From a bacterium (GTDB lineage Bacteria > Patescibacteriota > Minisyncoccia > Phycocordibacterales > UBA9973), in the NCBI GenBank assembly GCA_037130655.1, contig JBAXSP010000001.1:101830-165829 (forward strand): a stretch of DNA of 64,000 nt, read 5' to 3'. Position 1 is the first letter of the stretch. Every line of letters begins with the position of its first letter. Positions 22,301 to 30,667 of this stretch are shown here, piece by piece. The notes beneath the pieces were generated by a model, which saw only the letters and a program-made list of their open reading frames with translations, was not told the DNA's origin and did not search any database. A program made the translations under genes and the position numbers.

Positions 22301-22483
22301 CAATTCAAACTTCTTTTCAGAATAGTCTTTGATTGGAGTGAACTCATTGAATACTTCTTTGAGTCCTTGTTCGACGAGCCATTTATAAGATGCTAGTTGG
22401 TTCTCGATAAGATTCGGGAATTCAACCAACGGCTTTTTGTACTTTGAAAAGTACTTTTTCTTCCTCATTGCGATGTCTTTCAT
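19319..22483 (-). CDS. rpoB: DNA-directed RNA polymerase subunit beta
   Basis: Approximately 1055 aa; conserved beta-subunit blocks (GDKLAGRHGNKG, rifampicin region). ORF track ORF extends to 22510; start at MKDIAM assumed. Confidence 0.95.
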   Translation of the reverse strand: MKDIAMRKKKYFSKYKKPLVEFPNLIENQLASYKWLVEQGLKEVFNEFTPIKDYSEKKFELEIVSFTIGEPKFDEEHARINKLTYEVPIKVRFRLLNKITGSTKEQEIFLSDLPMMTTRGTFVINGVERVIVPQLARSAGVFFIDQDLKGKRVFGAKVIPARGVWMEIETEQDGTLAVRIDKKRKFPITSLLRVMGYHTDEAIMKAFAGTKHEALIALSIEKDTAKNLNDSYVEIYKRLRDGDLATADNAKGYIDSLFGADRYDISPVGRFRLNQQLGKPTDKKALEQKLLTKEDLAMIVSHTLTLNITPNAKPDDIDHLGKRRVKFMGEMIQAKVRVGMTQIKRNVQDRMSTIDVATAMPMQIINQRPLQARIKEFFTTNQLSQFMDQENVLAETEHLRRLSALGSGGLTRERASLEVRDVHTSHYGRVCPIQTPEGPNIGLVVHLATYAKINEFGIIETPYAKVKNGKITSEIVYLNALEEEEYTIAHAALNYDDKGVITDEYVGARVKTIPGLVKPTDLHFVDVATNQPFSIAASMIPFLDHDDANRSLMGSNMQRQAVPCIRPEAPLVSTGMEELAAKDCGRMVLAAVDGEVVHVDSAKVIIEDKQGKKHTQTLKSFSQTNGFNAFNQRPIVSMGQKLKKGMVIADASSTDGGQMAIGQNAFVAFMPWNGQNYEDAIIISERLIKNSKFTSVHIEEYVCTVRDTKLGPEVTTRDIPNVGEVKLKDLDEDGIVRVGAELREGDILVGKITPKGETELTPEERLLRSIFAEKARDVKDTSMRLDKGARGRVVGVRIFSREQGHNLESGIIKKIIITVAQIRNISVGDKLAGRHGNKGVISVVLPEEDMPYMADGTPVDVVLTPLGVPSRMNLGQVLELHLGMAAQEGNYQAVVPIFGGATAPEIMKELGNVGLPEHGRIPLFDGRTGEQFENEIAVGYMYILKLHHMVEDKIHMRSIGPYSLITQQPLGGKAQGGGQRFGEMEVWALEGYGVSHVLREMITVKSDDILGRSATYDAIIKGEPLPQPNAPASFSVMLNYLRGLALHINLKKKK

Positions 22484-22850
22484 ATATAAAGGATAGCTTC
22501 TCGTACACACAAAAAATAAAAAACGAAAACACGCAATCTCTGCGTCTTTTTAAATTATTTATTTAAAGAGTGTAAAATCAGCAAAAAAATCGGTAAATTA
22601 ACACACTGATAAAGATCAATTTCACCCACAACTCAATCAATCAATCGTGAAGAAAATATACCAAATCCCCCACCCTCTGTCAATCAGTTATCCACAGGAC
22701 AATTTTTGGGATTATGATATCAGCTCCGCTCGTGGAGAAGTGCTGGCAAAGCACGCATATTTTTGTGGTCAAAAATTGCTTTGCTCGACCAACCGTCTGC
22801 ACAGAGCCTTGCCAACACTTTCCACTCGCTCCGTGAAAAAGCTACAGATT

Positions 22851-25800
22851 TTATAATTTAGAAATAAATTCAACCAAATTATCCATTTCTTTACTATGAT
22901 CATGCCACCAACGAGTTGACCATATTCTATAGACAACAAAACCCATTTCTTTAAGTTCTTTTTGTCTATACATATCATGTGCATAGGCTTCATTTGAAGA
23001 ATGGTATGTTTTACCGTCGCACTCAATTGCTATCTTTTTTTCATTGATATTCAGAACAAAATCAATTCTAAAACCACCTATTTTATGTTGAATAGAAATT
23101 TGATCTTTAGAAAATTTTTCAGAAAGCATTTCATAAACCTCTTGCTCAAAAGGAGATTCTGTTAAACCTTCTTCTAATACAAAATTAGCTCTTGGTGCCT
23201 CATGACTATTTTGTTTAAGACTTTCAAGTATAGACTGAACTCGAGTTATATCACCATTACTAACAGCTTCAGAATAAGCTAAATATGCATAAAAAATACC
23301 TTTCTTGTTATTACCAGTAGATTCTATAATTTGCTCATATCCATGATATTTTTCCTTAGGAACCGAAGTGCAAACGTATACTTTATATTTTGCACGTGTA
23401 ATTAGAACATTAAGAAGCTTATATCCTTTTGTATAATTAACTGGACCAAAACGCTCGAGAAATCTACCATCATCTCCTTTTCCGTAGGTAGTAGAGATTA
23501 TAATTATATCCATTTCATCTCCTTGAATATTTTCAAGATTTTTTATAAAAAGACCTGATTCTTTTATTCCATCTAATATTTTAGCAAAATCTTCATTTTC
23601 AGAACTGAACTTATCCAATGCATCTCTAATTTCATTTCTTTGTTTTAAGTTAAAAGTAGCAATACCTACGGAAGGATAGGTACCGTCTGGTTTAACATGA
23701 ATATCCTCACTTATAATTCTTAAAACTTCTTTTACTTCACTCTCATTAATATTATTTTTATAATGCCCATTAACTTGAACAAGCTCAATAGGAGAATAAT
23801 CATTCATAGCAGGAAACGGAACTAAATTTCCTCCATAAAAAGCTGCGTTTGAAAAATCTATAAGAGCAGGGTGTTTGGAACGATAGTGATAGTCTAAGTA
23901 TGAATAACTTTTTTTAGGTAAATTTTCTGCATAATCGAGAAGTGATTCACTTGATGCAAGTTGTCGCTCCATTTCCTCTTCAGATATTTCCATATCATCA
24001 ATATCTTGATATATAGCATCCGTTGAAACTCCTCCTGTTTCAAAAAAACTTGAAGGTGGCATTTGGTGCTTATCACCTGCAATAACTTTGTATTTTCCGC
24101 GAATGAATGAGGTAAAAACATCTTCTATTCTCAACTGACTTGCTTCATCAAAAATTACCACGTCAAACAGACCTTGTTTTAAAGGAAGCACAGAATCAGA
24201 AGCAACCGGATTTGTAAGTATCACAGGAAAAATGCTAGTGAAAAGATCAAATTCTGATTGAATAATTCTACGTAATGGATTAGCTCTGTCCGAGACTTTA
24301 TTTTTTCTTAAATTATAAAGAAGATTAAAACCATTCTTTCTTTCATAAAGATTTTTTTGATTCTTTGCATTGTCGTCCCAATCACTACGAATTTTCAGTT
24401 TTTGCTCTTTTTTCAATTGATCATAAAGATCTGTGAGTGTTTTAAGCTCTTCATCACTAGTATTCAATGAGCCAATTTTAGATTCATGATTAATCAAAGC
24501 TCCATACAGATACCATGCAGTGTACGCACCTAACCAGTCATCTACACCATATTGACAGAGTGATGAAATTAAAGATTTTTGATTTGAATTCAATTTGTTT
24601 AAATAAAACATCCAACGATAAAATGGTTCATATTCATGAATTTCTTTTTTCAAACTATCAAAAAATACAATCTCCTTTTCAATGTAATCCTTATACTCTG
24701 ATATTCCTTTTATAGAAACAAAATTAATTGGCTTTCTTTTAGTAAATACATCGTAATCATTTATTAAGATATTTTCTTCATCTACAAAATATTTATTTAA
24801 TTTCAAAATATTTTTTATTTTTTCTATAATTAAATTCGACTCCTCGTGTAGTAAATTTAATTTTTCTAAAACTGAAGATATGTTTGTTGTTTCATCAAAA
24901 TTAATCAAACCAATTAATGATTCTTTTTCAGAATCAATTATATTATTATATGTATCAATCTTTAATAAACATGATGTCTTTTTTTCATTTAAAATCTTTT
25001 TTCTTTTGTTAAAAAAAGCTTCAAAAATATCAATATTTTTGATTTTGAGTAATTCTTTTTCTGAATATTTAGTATAATCCTGATAATCATTTAATGTAGA
25101 TATACTCTCTTGTAGTAAATTTTTTATCTTTTGAAAAAAATCTATTCCATTTTTTAAATTTTGTTGATCTGTAATAAAGTACTTACCAATAGAAATATCT
25201 TCTTCTGATAGATTGTTTATTTTTTCAAGTAATCCAGATAATATTTTTTCCTTATTCTTTACAAATTTAGATAAGTTATCACTTGATAATCTTGAATATT
25301 CTACTTTAAATAAGTTTTTATTTATTTCTTTTAGTGCGATAAGATTATTTATATTAAAAGCTTTATATAAATTGGTAGCATTGAAAATTATATCTTTTAA
25401 ATTCAAAAATTCCGTTTCTTCAAACGAATATTTCTCATAATCTAATTGTTCTTCAATTTTAATATAATCATGTTTTCTGCTATTTTGCAGAAAATCTCCA
25501 ATTGTTTCTTTCCAATTCTTACCTACTACTTTTTTAAAAAGTTCTGTATGTTTTTGATTAAAAATATCTCTTAGTCTAAGAAATTTTTTATATTTTAAAT
25601 CAAAATCATTTGAATTGTAGATGTTCCTAGATAGGTTTTCTGCTCGTAGCCTAGCTTTCTTTACAACCTCATTTCTATCTTTATTTACGTCATCTATAAT
25701 TACAATATACTGATCCAACCCAACATCTTTTAAATTCCTATATATTACTTCTAATGCTGTCTTTTTTTCACAAACAACTAGACACCTGCCACCATTTTCC

Positions 25801-26801
25801 AAAGTGTTAGTTATTATTGCTGTTAAAGCCTGACTTTTTCCGGTACCTGGCGGCCCTTGGATAAGTTTTATCTCTGTATCAGTAAAAGAATTTATTAACT
25901 CCTCTTTACTTGGGTCAGTTTTAACAGAACTGACTGTGGAAGTTTGAAAACTTTCAATAACAAGTTTATTATTTTGAAATTCTTCAAGTTTCTTTAGAAG
26001 TTCTTCATTACAGTGAATAATAGATTCTTTTCTAGATTTATATATACCAAAAACAGCTGACCATTGAATCCAAACATTATCTGTTGCCAAAGAATCAAGC
26101 TTCTCTTTACCCGGACAAGGTTCTAACTTAATACTCAATTTACTATTCTCAGAATTAACATTTAACTGAGATAAAATATTATTACAAATATCAATGAGCT
26201 CCTTTTCATTTATTAAATTATCTTCTAAAAGAGATTCGGATAATTGATCGAGATTTATTTGAGCATCACTAGCAACGTGACTTCTCAAAAGTTCATTTAG
26301 TACAATTGGAGAATTTTCATCACGAGTGATGATCCAAGAATTTGTCTTATTGGCCGATTTTTGTATATCTAAATTCCAAATGAGTAGAGGTGCTTTGATT
26401 ACCTTGGTTGGATCACTAGTATCACGTCGAATTAAAATAGGATACCCAATACCGAAGTTTTTTATACCGAACTCAAGAAATTGATCTTCGTTCTCATAAA
26501 CTATGTTATTTAACTTTCTTGATAAAAGAAAAAGGGAATTTTTTTGATTTTCTCCTAATTTAGATATATCAATATTGTCAAAATTAATTTCAAAAGAGAG
26601 CCTTTCTTCACTTAACAATCTTTGTAAAAAATTTAGTGAAGAATCAGGAGATATGGCATCAAATGCACTCAAATCAAGCCGTGAAGCAAATCGCCCAGGT
26701 AGCGCATTGAGATGGATACCTCGACGGTTCCCTACCTTAAGCTTGTTTAACAAACCATTAATAAACTCCTTATTAAAATTGATTTGAGAAACTTCATTCA
26801 T
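22851..26801 (-). CDS. Upf1-like SF1 helicase with DUF4011-like N-terminus and C-terminal DUF559/Vsr-like endonuclease domain (Hhe-like single-gene defence candidate)
   Basis: 1316 aa. Motif I LIQGPPGTGKSQ, motif II VIFDEASQ, III AGDKHQMPP, V IQGDEMDIIIIST, VI NVLITRAK; C-terminal IAIECDGKTYH...YRIWSTRWW matches the DUF559 ExDG..H pattern. Markedly more AT-rich and N/K/I-rich than neighbouring core genes. Confidence 0.8.
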   Translation of the reverse strand: MNEVSQINFNKEFINGLLNKLKVGNRRGIHLNALPGRFASRLDLSAFDAISPDSSLNFLQRLLSEERLSFEINFDNIDISKLGENQKNSLFLLSRKLNNIVYENEDQFLEFGIKNFGIGYPILIRRDTSDPTKVIKAPLLIWNLDIQKSANKTNSWIITRDENSPIVLNELLRSHVASDAQINLDQLSESLLEDNLINEKELIDICNNILSQLNVNSENSKLSIKLEPCPGKEKLDSLATDNVWIQWSAVFGIYKSRKESIIHCNEELLKKLEEFQNNKLVIESFQTSTVSSVKTDPSKEELINSFTDTEIKLIQGPPGTGKSQALTAIITNTLENGGRCLVVCEKKTALEVIYRNLKDVGLDQYIVIIDDVNKDRNEVVKKARLRAENLSRNIYNSNDFDLKYKKFLRLRDIFNQKHTELFKKVVGKNWKETIGDFLQNSRKHDYIKIEEQLDYEKYSFEETEFLNLKDIIFNATNLYKAFNINNLIALKEINKNLFKVEYSRLSSDNLSKFVKNKEKILSGLLEKINNLSEEDISIGKYFITDQQNLKNGIDFFQKIKNLLQESISTLNDYQDYTKYSEKELLKIKNIDIFEAFFNKRKKILNEKKTSCLLKIDTYNNIIDSEKESLIGLINFDETTNISSVLEKLNLLHEESNLIIEKIKNILKLNKYFVDEENILINDYDVFTKRKPINFVSIKGISEYKDYIEKEIVFFDSLKKEIHEYEPFYRWMFYLNKLNSNQKSLISSLCQYGVDDWLGAYTAWYLYGALINHESKIGSLNTSDEELKTLTDLYDQLKKEQKLKIRSDWDDNAKNQKNLYERKNGFNLLYNLRKNKVSDRANPLRRIIQSEFDLFTSIFPVILTNPVASDSVLPLKQGLFDVVIFDEASQLRIEDVFTSFIRGKYKVIAGDKHQMPPSSFFETGGVSTDAIYQDIDDMEISEEEMERQLASSESLLDYAENLPKKSYSYLDYHYRSKHPALIDFSNAAFYGGNLVPFPAMNDYSPIELVQVNGHYKNNINESEVKEVLRIISEDIHVKPDGTYPSVGIATFNLKQRNEIRDALDKFSSENEDFAKILDGIKESGLFIKNLENIQGDEMDIIIISTTYGKGDDGRFLERFGPVNYTKGYKLLNVLITRAKYKVYVCTSVPKEKYHGYEQIIESTGNNKKGIFYAYLAYSEAVSNGDITRVQSILESLKQNSHEAPRANFVLEEGLTESPFEQEVYEMLSEKFSKDQISIQHKIGGFRIDFVLNINEKKIAIECDGKTYHSSNEAYAHDMYRQKELKEMGFVVYRIWSTRWWHDHSKEMDNLVEFISKL

Positions 26802-26842
26802 GGTATTTATATATCTTTTAATTTTATCACACTTAGTTATAT

Positions 26843-27562
26843 CTATCTGTTATTTTTAGAATTCTTCCACTCTTCAATCTTCTTATGGTCTCCTGAGAGT
26901 AGCACTGGTGGGACTTTGTATTTTTTTGTCTTCCCTTCCTTCCCTTTTATTTCAATGATTTCCGGACGAGTATAAAACTCACTTGATGAGACACGTTCTT
27001 CTTCACGAGAATCAAAATTACCGAGCACGCCTTGTACTTGTCGAGAAATAGAATCAATCAAAATCATTGCTGGAATTTCTCCACCAGTCAACACATAGTC
27101 CCCGATTGAAACTTCTTCGATATCAGCCACCCCTTTGGTCAGGTCTTTCAGGATTTTGACTGCACGAGCATCTACTCCTTCATAACGTCCGCAGATCATA
27201 ATGATGTGTTCGTATTTTTTACTCACCGTTTTTGCATACGTTGTATCAAACTTTTTTCCGCTTGGTGAGAAATTGATTATCTTCACTTTTCCTTTTTTGA
27301 TTTTCTTTGTAATAGAAAGCACCGCACGAACAATCGGCTCTGCCATCAATATCATTCCTGGGCCACCACCATATGGACGTTCGTCGATTTGTAGAGAAAT
27401 ATTTCCATCAGGCCAAACTTTGCGATATTTACCAGTCACAAATTTGCGTGGATTCACAAAATCTACTTTGATTTTCTTTTCTTTGATTGCCCGCGCCAAA
27501 ATAGATTCGCCGAGATACGAATCAAACATTTCTGGAAATAGCGTGACGATATGGAATTTCAT
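26843..27562 (-). CDS. trmD: tRNA (guanine37-N1)-methyltransferase
   Basis: 239 aa; SPOUT fold, GRYEGVD and SIGDYVLTGGE motifs. Confidence 0.9.
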   Translation of the reverse strand: MKFHIVTLFPEMFDSYLGESILARAIKEKKIKVDFVNPRKFVTGKYRKVWPDGNISLQIDERPYGGGPGMILMAEPIVRAVLSITKKIKKGKVKIINFSPSGKKFDTTYAKTVSKKYEHIIMICGRYEGVDARAVKILKDLTKGVADIEEVSIGDYVLTGGEIPAMILIDSISRQVQGVLGNFDSREEERVSSSEFYTRPEIIEIKGKEGKTKKYKVPPVLLSGDHKKIEEWKNSKNNR

Positions 27563-27658
27563 TGTTTGAATAATACAATATTTCTACCTTTATGTCCAAA
27601 ACAAAAAAAATACGCGATGCCGGCGTATTTTTTATTTCACTATTGTAATCTATAGAAA

Positions 27659-27967
27659 TTACAGATCTTTCAAATCAGCTAATGCTTCATCAATCGATTT
27701 CGAAGCTGGATGTGAACTTCCAACAGGTTCATTGATTTTCAAATTCACCCGTGCGTTATTTTTCATTCCCATTACTCGTAGCAATGTACGGATTGCCTTG
27801 GCAGTATTACCTTGGCGTCCGATGATCTTCCCCATATCTGATGGGTCTACGGTCAATGAAATGAGTACTCCCATTTCATCAACAGTTCGATCGATCACTA
27901 CTTTTTCTGGCTGATCAACCAATGCTTTCACTAAATATTCAAGAAACGCTTTGTCGTCGTACTGCAT
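27659..27967 (-). CDS. KH-domain RNA-binding protein (YlqC/UPF0109 family)
   Basis: 102 aa; KIIGRQGNTAKAIR KH GXXG motif; classic position between rpsP and trmD. Confidence 0.8.
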   Translation of the reverse strand: MQYDDKAFLEYLVKALVDQPEKVVIDRTVDEMGVLISLTVDPSDMGKIIGRQGNTAKAIRTLLRVMGMKNNARVNLKINEPVGSSHPASKSIDEALADLKDL

Positions 27968-28058
27968 AAAAGAATGTCTAAGTTTTTAATGCGCACCTTT
28001 CGAGTGGCTGTATACATTATAAAATAAATAAAAAAAGTCTTCTGTTAATAAATTTATT

Positions 28059-28170
28059 TAATGACTAGTGACTAATGACCAATGACTAATTTAATCAAAC
28101 AAAATAAAAGAAACTTGCCTTCGGCAAGTTTCTTTTATTGGTCACTAGTCATTAGTAATTGGTCATTACT
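28059..28170. repeat. palindromic intergenic element copy 1: heptamer-repeat arm - GC hairpin - inverted arm
   Basis: ATGACTAGTGACTAATGACCAATGACTAAT ... AAAGAAACTTGCCTTCGGCAAGTTTCTTT ... TGGTCACTAGTCATTAGTAATTGGTCATTAC; right arm overlaps the rpsP stop codon. Confidence 0.75.
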
Positions 28171-28462
28171 TTTGCTTTCTTTTTGTTGTAATAGATTTTT
28201 TCGGAAGTACGTTTTTCTTTGTTCCTTCGATAACTTTTTGGTGAACCAAGAAGTTATGAACTGTTTGTGAAGGTTGTGCACCGTTCGCAATCCAGTGAAG
28301 TACTCGGTCTTTTTTCAAAGTAACGAGATCTCCTTTTGGAGCGTATGAACCCAATATTTCTAAAAACTTTCCACTTTTTGTACTGTTTTTTGAGTCAGTC
28401 AAAACAACGCGAAATTGGGCGTCGTTCTTTCTTCCTGTTCTTAGTAGTCTGATTGCTAACAT
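28166..28462 (-). CDS. rpsP: 30S ribosomal protein S16
   Basis: 98 aa; MLAIRLLRTGRKNDAQFRVV S16 signature. Confidence 0.9.
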   Translation of the reverse strand: MLAIRLLRTGRKNDAQFRVVLTDSKNSTKSGKFLEILGSYAPKGDLVTLKKDRVLHWIANGAQPSQTVHNFLVHQKVIEGTKKNVLPKKSITTKRKQK

Positions 28463-28548
28463 ATGGAGAGATAATAACAGAATAACCTCAAAAACGCAAG
28501 GTAGGTCAAGCTACTAGCGTCTAGCTCCTAGCAACTAGCTTAAATTCA

Positions 28549-28573
28549 TGGGCGATTGGCGAAGCCAATCGCC
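28549..28573. promoter_or_regulatory. perfect 10-bp-stem hairpin (GGGCGATTGG-CGAAG-CCAATCGCCC) in the divergent rpsP/rnr leader region
   Basis: Perfect inverted repeat with a 5-nt CGAAG loop; adjacent CTAGC direct repeats at 28510-28545. Confidence 0.3.
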
Positions 28574-28644
28574 CGGTATTTTGTGTTCCTTATACTTATA
28601 CTAAATCCTTATACTACTGTGCTTTTTATGTTATATTTATCTAT

Positions 28645-30579
28645 ATGAATACTCCCTCAAATCAAACAGATACAACCCAATACGATGGGGTTGTTTTTAT
28701 TTCAGCTAAAGGTGCCGGTTTCGTCAAAGTAAAGGATCTTGAAAACAGTATCGAGATAGCTCCTGACATGTTGGCGACTGCGCTTCATGGCGACAAAGTC
28801 ACTGCAATCATCACGGGCACCAATGAATACGGTTCACCAACTGGTAAAATCACCAGCATCGTTACTCGTTCAAAACGCGGATTTGCCGGTACCCTTGTCG
28901 AAGAATCAGGCAAATGTTTACTTCGTCCAAGTGATCCCAAAATGCACCTCCCTATCGAAATCAAAGATGGTTGTACTGCAGGTGCAAATCTTGGGCAAAA
29001 AGTGTTCGCGGTGATTACTGATTGGAAAAGCCAAGCAGATCTACCAAAAGGTGAAGTCACACACGTCCTCGGAATGCCGATGGAAAACAATGCCGAGATG
29101 CAAGGTCTCGCTCTTGAAAAAGGATTTGATTCAACATTTCCAAGTAGTGTAGACAAAGAAGCTGAAGCTTGGAAAACTGAAGGAATTCCAGCAAGTGAAA
29201 TAGCTATTCGTCGTGATATGCGAGGCACAACAACATTCACTATCGACCCAGCCGATGCCAAAGACTTCGACGACGCATTGTCATTCAAAAAGTTGGACAA
29301 TGATAATTTCGAAATCGGTATTCACATTGCTGATGTATCACACTATGTTCGCCCAGGCACTGAGCTCGACAAAGAAGCATATCAACGCGCAACATCTGTA
29401 TATCTTGTAGACCGCACCATTCCAATGCTTCCCGAAGCACTATCAAACGAGCTTTGTAGTTTGAATCCAAATGAAGACAAACTCACCATGAGTGCCGTGT
29501 TTGAATTGAACGACAAAGGTGATGTCATTTCTGAATGGTTCGGCAAAACAATCATTCACTCTGACAAACGTTTTACCTACGAAGAAGCACAAGGAATCAT
29601 CGATGCAAAAACTGGAATCTTTTTTGATGAACTAGATACATTGAACAAAATTGCCAAAAATCTAACGGTTGCCCGAATGAAAGCAGGTGCACTGTCACTT
29701 GATCAAGATGAGGTTCGTTTTGTGCTTGATGAAAACGGTGTGCCGATCAAGGTCTACAAAAAAGAACGTGGTGACACAAACAAATTGATTGAAGAATTTA
29801 TGTTGCTTGCAAACAGAAAGGTAGCAGAATTCATCGCCAAGAAATCTGAACTCGATGAAAATATTTTCGTCTATCGTATTCACGATTTACCTAACAAAGA
29901 AAAGATGCACGAGTTGTCACTCTTTTTGAAGAAGCTCGGCTATCCAGTCACACTCAAAGACGGCATTATCCCGTCAGTTGAACTCAATCGCGTATTGGAA
30001 AAACTAGAAGGCAAAGAAGAAAAGAATACGGTGCATACTTCTATCATTCGTTCAATGGCCAAAGCGATTTATTCGACAGAAAACATCGGCCACTACGGAC
30101 TAGCGTTTGAATACTACACACACTTCACTTCTCCGATTCGTCGCTACCCAGACACCATCGTGCACCGTCTCCTTGAAGAATATTTACAAGGCCACAAAGT
30201 TCCAAAAGAACAATGGGAAGAATATATGAAAATTTGTCAGCATTCTTCTGATCGTGAAAAAGAAGCCGCTGAAGCAGAGCGTGCAAGTATCAAATACAAA
30301 CAAGTTGAATATATGTCATATCGAATCGGCCAAGTATTCGACGGTGTCGTTACTGGTATTTCAAAAAACGGTATCTTCGTAGAAGAAAAAGAAACAAAAT
30401 GTGAAGGTATGATTCGCTTGCGAGATTTGGGCAGTGACTTTTATTCATTCAACGACAAAGATAATACAATCATCGGACGAAGTAGTCGCAAGGTATTCAA
30501 AATTGGTGACAACCTCCGCATCAAAGTGACCGCTGCTGATATGCAAAAAAGAATTATCGATTACACCCTGTCTGTTTAA
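28645..30579 (+). CDS. rnr: ribonuclease R (RNB family 3'-5' exoribonuclease with C-terminal S1 domain)
   Basis: 644 aa; RRDMRGTTTFTIDPADAKDFDDALS RNB catalytic motif; C-terminal S1 (GQVFDGVVTGISKNGIFVE). Confidence 0.9.
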   Translation: MNTPSNQTDTTQYDGVVFISAKGAGFVKVKDLENSIEIAPDMLATALHGDKVTAIITGTNEYGSPTGKITSIVTRSKRGFAGTLVEESGKCLLRPSDPKMHLPIEIKDGCTAGANLGQKVFAVITDWKSQADLPKGEVTHVLGMPMENNAEMQGLALEKGFDSTFPSSVDKEAEAWKTEGIPASEIAIRRDMRGTTTFTIDPADAKDFDDALSFKKLDNDNFEIGIHIADVSHYVRPGTELDKEAYQRATSVYLVDRTIPMLPEALSNELCSLNPNEDKLTMSAVFELNDKGDVISEWFGKTIIHSDKRFTYEEAQGIIDAKTGIFFDELDTLNKIAKNLTVARMKAGALSLDQDEVRFVLDENGVPIKVYKKERGDTNKLIEEFMLLANRKVAEFIAKKSELDENIFVYRIHDLPNKEKMHELSLFLKKLGYPVTLKDGIIPSVELNRVLEKLEGKEEKNTVHTSIIRSMAKAIYSTENIGHYGLAFEYYTHFTSPIRRYPDTIVHRLLEEYLQGHKVPKEQWEEYMKICQHSSDREKEAAEAERASIKYKQVEYMSYRIGQVFDGVVTGISKNGIFVEEKETKCEGMIRLRDLGSDFYSFNDKDNTIIGRSSRKVFKIGDNLRIKVTAADMQKRIIDYTLSV

Positions 30580-30667
30580 AAAGTTCGAAAAGAATTTCAA
30601 AATAAAATATTTTTTTGAGACTTGCGCAGTCGGGTAGACGAGCAGAGCAAAAATTCACCAGAATTTT

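Noticed and set aside
22511-22850. 69-aa plus-strand ORF (22647..22856) in the rpoB upstream region
   Set aside because: Lies in the rpoB promoter and leader and overlaps the helicase gene end. No conservation signals. Likely non-coding leader sequence.
28082-28270. 62-aa plus-strand ORF reading through repeat copy 1 and the rpsP 3' end
   Set aside because: It is composed of repeat-arm and hairpin sequence and overlaps rpsP; artefact of the palindromic element.
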